Shown here: one piece after another, positions 54,892 through 61,419 of the stretch
How the letters are laid out: each line of letters opens with the position of its first letter
Position numbering within the stretch: the stretch's first letter is position 1
Source: an uncultured Acidimicrobiaceae bacterium
GTDB lineage: Bacteria > Actinomycetota > Acidimicrobiia > Acidimicrobiales > UBA10347
Direction: 5' to 3'
DNA length: 61,419 nucleotides
Assembly (NCBI GenBank): GCA_964513315.1
Contig: CAZEMU010000001.1
Location: 38,047 to 99,465, forward strand
The notes under the pieces: generated by a model
Seen by the model: only the letters and a program-made list of their open reading frames with translations
What the model was told of the DNA's origin: nothing
The model's database searches: none
Program-made: the position numbers and the translations under genes

Positions 54892-55971
54892 CTAGGCGAG
54901 ATTGATCACCGGACGCCCGAGGCTGCGCAGCAGCCGGAAGTGCGAGGCGATCGCGGCCCGCACCGATGGGTGCGACCGGTAGGTGACCCCATGCGCAGCG
55001 CAGAGCGCTTCGACATGTGGACGCAGCTGGTGGTACACGGTGTGCGGAAGTGACGGAGCGAAGTGATGCACGACCTGTAGGTCGAGCCCGCCCGTCATCC
55101 ACCGCACGATGCGACCGCGAACGCCGCGGGTCGTGACGTCGGCGGTGACCTGCGCCTGGAACTCGACGAAGCCGGCGTCGGTTGCGCTCGGGTCGGCGAA
55201 CTGCTCGACGTTGTCGACGGCGTGCGCGATCTGGACGGTGAGCGCGAGCGCGAGCCCAACACACCAGGATGCGACCGCGCTGACAAGTAGCGCCCACGGC
55301 CCGAAGACGGCGACGGGAATTGCGATCGCCCAGGTGACGAATACCAGCTTGCCGAGCAGGAACGCGATCACTTGGAACGTCGTGGGCCGGGCGGGCATCG
55401 GCTGGTTCTTGACCTTTCCTCGGATCAGGTTCGCGAAGTCGGCGACGAAACTCTGCAGCGTGATGAAGCCGTAGAGGACCGGCGCATAGAGGTGCTGGAA
55501 GCGGTGCCACCAGCGTCTGCGCTGGTGGGGGCTGAGGCGAAGGAACGGCGCTTGCTGAATGTCGGTGTCGGTATCGGCGACGTTTGCGAAGTCGTGATGC
55601 ACGCCGTTGTGCTTGAAGCACCACACCATGGAGCTGGCGCCGAACACGTCGAGCCAGTAGCCCACGAGCCGGCTGCGGCGCGGGCTCGACGAGAGGGCTC
55701 CGTGATTGGCGTCGTGCATGACCGCGGCGATCGATGCGTAGAACACCACCATCAGACCGATGACGCCGAGCGCCACGAGGAATAGTGATGAGCGACCCAC
55801 TATGACGAGGAGATACGAGCCGACGAAGCCCGACACCACCGTCGCAGCCTTGTAGCCAAGGCGGCGTCTCCCTCGACGCAGCCCATCGGCACCGAGGCAC
55901 GAGATCAGGTGAGCGCGGACCTCATCGAGGGTGCTCGGAAGGGACGGCGAGCGGACGTCGGTGATGGTCAT
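54892..55971 (-). CDS. Membrane fatty-acid (acyl-CoA/lipid) desaturase, DesA3-like
   Basis: His boxes HDANH, HNGVHH and QVVHH, plus TM segments. Start taken as ATG 55971 (MTITDVRS). Confidence 0.75.
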   Translation of the reverse strand: MTITDVRSPSLPSTLDEVRAHLISCLGADGLRRGRRRLGYKAATVVSGFVGSYLLVIVGRSSLFLVALGVIGLMVVFYASIAAVMHDANHGALSSSPRRSRLVGYWLDVFGASSMVWCFKHNGVHHDFANVADTDTDIQQAPFLRLSPHQRRRWWHRFQHLYAPVLYGFITLQSFVADFANLIRGKVKNQPMPARPTTFQVIAFLLGKLVFVTWAIAIPVAVFGPWALLVSAVASWCVGLALALTVQIAHAVDNVEQFADPSATDAGFVEFQAQVTADVTTRGVRGRIVRWMTGGLDLQVVHHFAPSLPHTVYHQLRPHVEALCAAHGVTYRSHPSVRAAIASHFRLLRSLGRPVINLA

Positions 55972-55995
55972 CTCCGCCCATGCTGCCAGATGGAC

Positions 55996-56025
55996 ACAGT
56001 GTCCAATGAAACAGTGTCCAATGAA
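55996..56025. repeat. Tandem direct repeat, 2 x 15 bp (ACAGTGTCCAATGAA), in the desaturase upstream region
   Basis: Read directly from the sequence. It is an AT-rich island between the desaturase start (55971) and the ABC gene stop (56030). Confidence 0.9.
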
Positions 56026-56029
56026 ATGG

Positions 56030-57853
56030 TTATTCGGTGGACCCGATCCACGCCGCGTGAAGTGCCGTGTAGGGGCCACCCGCGTCGACGAGTTCGTGGT
56101 GGGTGCCGATCTCGGCGATCTCTCCAGCGTCGAAAACGACGACGAGATCGGCGGCCTCTGCAGTCGCCAGGCGGTGGGCGATGCTCACCAAGGTTCGGCC
56201 CTCGGAGAGGCGTCGGATTGCCCGGGTGAGGACTTGGTCGGTCTCGGGGTCGACCGCCGAGGTGGCCTCGTCGAGGATCAGCAGACCAGGATCTGCCAGT
56301 GCTGCTCGCGCAAGCGCCACGAGTTGGCGCTCGCCGACCGAGAGGTTCGTGCCGCGTTCACCGACCTCGGTGTCGAGGCCCTTTGGTAGCCGCTGCACCC
56401 ATTCGGTGAGCGACAGCGTTTCGAGCACGGCGGCAATGTCGGCGTCGGTTGCGCCGATGCGGCCGAAGCCGATGTTCTCGCGCACGGTCGCGTCGAACAG
56501 GAAGCCGTCTTGGGGCACCATCCGCACGGTGGCAAGACGGGCGTCGCCACCGACCTCGGCGAGTGGCACGTCGTTGAGCCGGATCTCGCCGACCTGGGGG
56601 TCAGCGAGTCGACACAACAGCTTGGCGATCGTGCTCTTGCCGGACCCGGTGTGGCCCACGATTGCGGTGCTGGTCCCGGCGGGAATCTGTAGGTCGACGT
56701 CTTTCAAAACCGGATCTGCGCCGCGATAAGAGAAGGTCACACCGTCGACATCGATGGCGACGGGGCCGGTCGGCACGGTGCGTCCGGGCACGGGGTCGAC
56801 GACGTCGACGTTGCGGTCGAGCAGGTTCAGGATCTTGCGCCACGAGGCAACCGCGGTCTGGGTCTGGTCGAGCGTCTCGGCAAGTTCACCGGTCGGTTCG
56901 AGCAGCAGCGTGGTGAGGAACATGATTGCGATCAGATCGCCTGCTCCGATGCCCCATGCGTCTGCTTGCTGGACACCGATCACGGTGACGGCGGCGAGTG
57001 CGAGTGCGCCGAAGAAGTCGCCGACGACGAACACGCCGGACATGTACCGGTTGGCGACGATCGCCCGGTCATAGCGCTCGTCGACGGCATCGCCGACTCG
57101 GCGGCGGCCGAGCTCAGTGGCGCCGTACGCCTGGAGAACAGGCAGACCGTTGATCGTCTCGGAGAAGCTGGCAACCATCTCGGCGACGGCGGTCCGGAGC
57201 CGGTCGTAGGCGGCGAGCTGGTGCTTCTGCAGCCAGCGCAGCAGCGGGATCACTGGCGCGTAACAAATCAGCACGACGATGGTCAGCTGCCACGAGTACC
57301 AAAGCAGGACGAGCAACGTGCCGAGGAGCACCGCGGGGTTCACCGACCACGCGTACAGACCCCACTGGGCGAAACGGGCGAGGCCTTCGACATCGCTCGT
57401 GACGCGAGCGAGCAGCACACCACGTCGGGTCTCGTTGTGATCGGCGATCGAAAGCTGGTGGACCTTGCGGAACGCACGCTGGCGCAGGCCGGCGAGGGTT
57501 CCTTCGGAGGCTTCGACGAGTCGGCGTGTCGTGAGGTACGAGACCATGGCGGCCACGAACACGATGACGGCGATGACCGCGGCCGAGCGCACGACCGTGC
57601 TGGTGTTCACGCCGCCTTCGGCGAGGATGCCGCGGTCGATGGCTCGCTGAAGCAGCACCGGGATCACGAGACGGCTCACGGCGACGCCGAGGCCCATCAT
57701 GACGGTCGCTCGCAAGCCAACGGTGAGTTCGGGACTGGTAGAGATGCCGCGACGCAGGATCTCGATCGCGCCACCTTGTGTTGTTGGCGCGTCGTCGAGG
57801 ATGTCGATCGATTCGCCGTCTGAACCGGTCTGTGGTTCGGTCGTCGCGGTCAT
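56030..57853 (-). CDS. ABC exporter, fused permease/ATPase subunit
   Basis: 607 aa. Six-TM domain, Walker A GHTGSGKST, signature LSVGERQ, Walker B LLILDEATS. ATGA overlap with the upstream partner gene. Confidence 0.85.
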   Translation of the reverse strand: MTATTEPQTGSDGESIDILDDAPTTQGGAIEILRRGISTSPELTVGLRATVMMGLGVAVSRLVIPVLLQRAIDRGILAEGGVNTSTVVRSAAVIAVIVFVAAMVSYLTTRRLVEASEGTLAGLRQRAFRKVHQLSIADHNETRRGVLLARVTSDVEGLARFAQWGLYAWSVNPAVLLGTLLVLLWYSWQLTIVVLICYAPVIPLLRWLQKHQLAAYDRLRTAVAEMVASFSETINGLPVLQAYGATELGRRRVGDAVDERYDRAIVANRYMSGVFVVGDFFGALALAAVTVIGVQQADAWGIGAGDLIAIMFLTTLLLEPTGELAETLDQTQTAVASWRKILNLLDRNVDVVDPVPGRTVPTGPVAIDVDGVTFSYRGADPVLKDVDLQIPAGTSTAIVGHTGSGKSTIAKLLCRLADPQVGEIRLNDVPLAEVGGDARLATVRMVPQDGFLFDATVRENIGFGRIGATDADIAAVLETLSLTEWVQRLPKGLDTEVGERGTNLSVGERQLVALARAALADPGLLILDEATSAVDPETDQVLTRAIRRLSEGRTLVSIAHRLATAEAADLVVVFDAGEIAEIGTHHELVDAGGPYTALHAAWIGSTE

Positions 57854-59598
57854 CGGGCGGCCTCGTAGGCAGTGACGAGTGCTCGGTAGCCGTCTTCAGC
57901 CAGAAGGTCGTCGTGCGCTCCAGCGGCCGCGATGCGTCCTTGGTCGATCCAGATCACTCGGTCGGCCAGGCGGATCGTGGACAGGCGCTGGGCGACGACG
58001 ATGGTCGTAGCCGAGAGTGTTGTGCGCAGCCCGTCGAGGATGCGTTGTTCAATCTGTGGGTCGATAGCGCTGGTCGCGTCGTCGAGCAGGATCACCTGGG
58101 GCTTACGGACGAGCGCCCGGGCAAGGGCGACTCGCTGGCGTTGGCCACCGGAGAGGGTGACGCCGCGCTCGCCGACGATCGTGTCTAGACCCCTGGGGAG
58201 TACGTCGAGGAACTCGCTGACTTGTGCGATGTCGATGGCGCTTTGGAAGTCAGCCTCGGACGCGTCGCCAGGCAGATCGATGTTGGCGCGCAGGCTGTCC
58301 GCGAACAGGAAGCTCTCTTGGAACACGAGCGCAACGGCATTGGTGCGATCTTCGACGCTGATGTTGCGCAACGAGGTGTTGTCGAGCAGGACTTCGCCCG
58401 CGTCCGGGGTCAGAAGACCTGCGAGTAGCTCACAGACCGTTGACTTGCCGGAGCCCGTCGAGCCAACGATGGCGACAATCTCTCCTGCAGGCACGTCGAG
58501 GTCGATGCCATGCAGCACTGGCTCGGCATCGGGCCAGCCGAAGTGCACGTTGCGGGTCGCGACCGGCAACGGGCCAGAGCTGATCGGGCGTACGTCGACC
58601 GGCTCGTCGCCGACGGGAAGTGCGAGCGCATCGGTGATGCGGTCGTAGGCGACCAGTGACGGGGGAAGGGTCTGCAAGAAGAAGCCGAAGACCCGCATCG
58701 GCACGGCCAGCACGGTGAACAACGAGGCGATCTGGACGAGTTCGCCGGGCGTGACTGCGCCCGCTTCGATGCGGAAGACGCCAATGGCGATGACGGCGAC
58801 GATGCCGAGGTACGGCAACGTTCCGATGCCCGAGTCGAATGCAGCTCGCAGGTACCCGACCCGCTTGCGGTGACCCTTGAGGTCCTCGACGGCGACGTCG
58901 AAGCGGGCGGCTTCGTCGTCGGCCCGACCCAGTGTCTTCACGACGAGTGCGCCGTCGAAGCTCTCGTGGGCGATCGAGGAGACGACGCCGACACCGCGCT
59001 GCACGAGCGCGGCCGGCGCCTCGACCCGGCTCGTGTACATGCGATTCAGCAAGACCATCGTCGGGAACACGAGGAACGACAAGATCGCCAGCGGAATGTC
59101 GATGAGCAGTAGGGCGATCGCCGAGAAGATGGCGAGGAACACGACGCCGAGCGAGAACGGCAACGGATGCAGCACGTGCACCATGACATCGGCATCGTTG
59201 TCGGCCCGCGAGATCAGTTCGCCGACGGGGAGGCTGCGGCGCGAGGCGGCAGGAAGCGCCAGGTAACGGTCGCGGAGTCGGTGGCGAAGCGTGCGAGACA
59301 CGCGCTCGCTGAACATGCCGGCGAAGTAGCGGCGGGTCACGATGCCGAGCATGCGAACGATGGCGACACACACGATGGCGGCGCCGGCTAGCACGAGCGA
59401 CCGGGTCGATGGTTCTTCGCCATCAAAGGCAGGTAGGACGACCTGATCGGTCACTCGACCGAAGACGACGGTCGCGCCAACGCCAGCGCCGGCGTAGACC
59501 GCCGCGCCGGTGACGGCGATCGAGAACGGCCCCGGATGCATGCGGATCATCAGCCGAACGAGTTCAAGGCCCGCGCGCACGCCACGTGGTTCCGCCAT
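57850..59598 (-). CDS. ABC exporter, fused permease/ATPase subunit (heterodimer partner)
   Basis: Walker A GSTGSGKST, signature LSGGQRQ, Walker B VILLDDATS. I prefer ATG 59598 (AAGGAG 6 nt upstream) over the TTG at 59619. Confidence 0.85.
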   Translation of the reverse strand: MAEPRGVRAGLELVRLMIRMHPGPFSIAVTGAAVYAGAGVGATVVFGRVTDQVVLPAFDGEEPSTRSLVLAGAAIVCVAIVRMLGIVTRRYFAGMFSERVSRTLRHRLRDRYLALPAASRRSLPVGELISRADNDADVMVHVLHPLPFSLGVVFLAIFSAIALLLIDIPLAILSFLVFPTMVLLNRMYTSRVEAPAALVQRGVGVVSSIAHESFDGALVVKTLGRADDEAARFDVAVEDLKGHRKRVGYLRAAFDSGIGTLPYLGIVAVIAIGVFRIEAGAVTPGELVQIASLFTVLAVPMRVFGFFLQTLPPSLVAYDRITDALALPVGDEPVDVRPISSGPLPVATRNVHFGWPDAEPVLHGIDLDVPAGEIVAIVGSTGSGKSTVCELLAGLLTPDAGEVLLDNTSLRNISVEDRTNAVALVFQESFLFADSLRANIDLPGDASEADFQSAIDIAQVSEFLDVLPRGLDTIVGERGVTLSGGQRQRVALARALVRKPQVILLDDATSAIDPQIEQRILDGLRTTLSATTIVVAQRLSTIRLADRVIWIDQGRIAAAGAHDDLLAEDGYRALVTAYEAAR

Positions 59599-59681
59599 GG
59601 CGCGCTCCTTTTCGAACAATCGGCGTCAGGGGGAGGCTCCACGTTACGGCGTCGAACTCCGCCAGCCGCGGAGATGGACGG

Positions 59682-60941
59682 CTAGATCTCGATCGTTCCG
59701 TAGCGGCGTCGAACCGCGATCGCGGTCACCAAGGTCAGCGCAACCAGCGTCCACGAGATCACGGAGTACTGGACCAAGGTCCGGGGCACGTCGTTCCGGG
59801 CACCCTCGGCGAGGCCAACCAGAATCGACCCCCACACGGCCCGCCCTCCGAGCGAGTTGAGGCTCAGGAAGGTCGCCCGGTGCCGTTGCTCGATGTGCGG
59901 AGCGACCGCAGCCGAGATCAGGATCGGGGCCGAGGCGCCCTGGACCGATCGGAGCACGACGAACAACAAGATGATCACGTGCTGGAACGCTGCCATCATC
60001 GTGACGATCAGCGCCGACAGCGCTCCATAGGCAACCAAGGTTGCTCGCACCCCGAATCGTCGAGCGGTGGTCGTGCTTAGCCGGGCTGCGGCGGCGCCGA
60101 TCAGGCCCATGACGGCGAGTACAAGACCCGAGATCAGGGGCGTAGCGCCGAGGTTGTCTGCGGTCTGCCCGAGCGCGACGGCGAGCCATGGTGTGAACAA
60201 GTTGAAGGCGACGTGTTCGAGCACCACCATGGCGATGCCGTAGCCAAAGATCCATCGCAGCGGCACGTTCGAGAGATAGCTGAGACAGCGTCGTACCTGA
60301 CCGACAACGGACTCGGCTTGGCCGAGGTGCGGCGGCTCCTTGAACTGAAGGCTGACCGCAAACTGCACTGCGGCGAGCACGAACGAGATCAGGAACGGGA
60401 TGCGCAGGTCGATCAGGCCGAGCACGCCGCCGCCGATTGCGCCCAACGTGCCGACAACACGGGCACGGGAAACGATGCGCGCCTGGCGGTCGGCGAACTC
60501 GTCGGGGCGGCCAAGTGCTTCGAGCGTGTCGTAGTGGAAGCTGACGTCGCTTCCGGACAGGCTTGCGTAGCCCGCCGCCACGAGCACGTTGCCGGCAGCC
60601 ATCGCCAGGTAGGCGTCGGAAAGTAGCCAGCAAGCGAAGGCGGCCATCCAGGCGATGCCGACGAATCGGAGCGTCTTGACCCGGCCGAAGCGGTCGCTCG
60701 CCCACCCCGACGGGACCTCGAACACGACCACCGACAGGTAGTAGATGCCGGACAGGGCGATGGCGCCGTCGACGTCGAACCGAGACCAGTTGAACAGCAT
60801 CAACACAACGCCCCAGGGCGCGGTTGACGTCAGAATTTCGAACCACCCAAAGAGGCGGAGGTTGCGTTCGAGGGCGGGCACGAGGGCGACGGCAGATTTT
60901 CTTGGGGCAGCGGGAACTCCATCATGACCTGTGGCGACCAT
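59682..60941 (-). CDS. MFS transporter
   Basis: 419 aa, multiple TM segments, SDRFGR loop motif. The start is uncertain: it lies only 8 bp from the divergent PCu(A)C start, and an internal GTG is possible. Confidence 0.7.
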   Translation of the reverse strand: MVATGHDGVPAAPRKSAVALVPALERNLRLFGWFEILTSTAPWGVVLMLFNWSRFDVDGAIALSGIYYLSVVVFEVPSGWASDRFGRVKTLRFVGIAWMAAFACWLLSDAYLAMAAGNVLVAAGYASLSGSDVSFHYDTLEALGRPDEFADRQARIVSRARVVGTLGAIGGGVLGLIDLRIPFLISFVLAAVQFAVSLQFKEPPHLGQAESVVGQVRRCLSYLSNVPLRWIFGYGIAMVVLEHVAFNLFTPWLAVALGQTADNLGATPLISGLVLAVMGLIGAAAARLSTTTARRFGVRATLVAYGALSALIVTMMAAFQHVIILLFVVLRSVQGASAPILISAAVAPHIEQRHRATFLSLNSLGGRAVWGSILVGLAEGARNDVPRTLVQYSVISWTLVALTLVTAIAVRRRYGTIEI

Positions 60942-60949
60942 GACTGCTG

Positions 60950-61419
60950 ATGACTTTGCTCCGCCGCCTTCTTGTTGCCTTCGCCCTAGTCGCTGCTCTT
61001 GCAGCCTGTGGTGGTGACACCGCGACCTCAGCCGATCTTGAGTTCACCGATGTGTGGACTCGCCAACCTGCCGCCGGTCAGCCGAACGCTGCCGTGTACG
61101 GCACGGTCACGAATACCGGTGGCACCGATGTAACGATCACCGGAGCGTCGGTCGAGATCAGCGATCGGGTCGAGTTGCACGAAGTGCTCATGGACGACGG
61201 CCTGATGACCATGCAGGAGCGAGACGGTGGGTTCGTCGTGCCTGCGGGCGGTTCGATCACGCTGGAACCAGGCGGCCTCCACGTCATGGTGTTCGGCATC
61301 GATGCCGACACCTACCCGACCGATGCGCTCGACGTGACGTTCAGCTTCGATAGCGGCGAGCCCACGTTCGCAAGCGCCGAGGTCCGTGCCATCGACGGCG
61401 ACAGCATGAGCGACATGGA
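60950..61419 (+). CDS. PCu(A)C-family periplasmic/extracytoplasmic copper chaperone lipoprotein (DUF461), 3'-truncated by the window edge
   Basis: My translation gives MTLLRRLLVAFALVAALAACGGD...VWTRQPAAGQPNAAVYGTVTNTGGTDVTITGASVEISDRVELHEVLMDDGLMTMQE...GGLHVMVFG. Lipobox LAAC and the H(x)nM..M motif are present. The ORF is not in the track because no stop codon is reached. Confidence 0.7.
   Translation, partial: MTLLRRLLVAFALVAALAACGGDTATSADLEFTDVWTRQPAAGQPNAAVYGTVTNTGGTDVTITGASVEISDRVELHEVLMDDGLMTMQERDGGFVVPAGGSITLEPGGLHVMVFGIDADTYPTDALDVTFSFDSGEPTFASAEVRAIDGDSMSDM

Noticed and set aside
59644-60846. A 400-aa minus-strand ORF overlapping the MFS transporter gene
   Set aside because: It is an alternative frame of the same strand with Arg/Pro-rich composition. 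The MFS frame shows clear TM periodicity, so this is a shadow ORF.
60950-61419. A functional link between the PCu(A)C copper chaperone and the copper-dependent LOX-like enzyme
   Set aside because: They are about 53 kb apart with many unrelated genes between them. PCu(A)C proteins normally serve cytochrome oxidase assembly. There is no evidence for a link in this window.

Overview
Visibly high-GC, GC3-biased chromosomal segment of actinobacterial type. Supporting signs are LAxTG sorting signals, an F420/LLM-type oxidoreductase and frequent ATGA start/stop overlaps. The phylum assignment is an inference. I support about 45 protein-coding genes and saw no tRNA, rRNA, CRISPR array, transposase or integrase. 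Gene order, left to right: (1) a tightly coupled sulfur-assimilation operon on the minus strand (sirC-like, cobA, sulfite reductase, DUF4202, metZ). (2) A lysyl-oxidase-like lipoprotein transcribed divergently from a single 14.8-kb ORF. That ORF encodes a 4,928-aa secreted protein with an LAFTG wall-anchoring signal. It has a Gly-rich head and 28 tandem Ig-like repeat units, including an exactly 1,323-bp A-B-C super-repeat. (3) Housekeeping and transport genes: acyl-CoA dehydrogenase, MscS, an EEP-family nuclease/phosphatase, MFS, RND, aminotransferase, GNAT and an alpha/beta hydrolase. (4) A GntR-controlled dimethylglycine/sarcosine-dehydrogenase-like gene coupled to etfBA. (5) A second LAxTG substrate, a fasciclin-domain protein. 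(6) A TetR-controlled four-gene operon of unknown pathway (2OG oxygenase, NAD dehydrogenase, class II aldolase, enolase-superfamily enzyme) behind a perfect 32-bp palindrome. (7) A Ser/Thr kinase with an uncharacterised ectodomain. (8) manA, secreted proteins and lipoproteins, fhs and metF (one-carbon metabolism), a desaturase, a heterodimeric ABC exporter, an MFS transporter and a partial PCu(A)C copper chaperone. The most interesting candidate system is the divergent pair of the LOX-like enzyme and the giant protein, whose repeats each carry essentially one invariant lysine. All calls rest on reading the translations and the DNA by eye. No database search was run, and several start codons were re-picked by me and remain uncertain.
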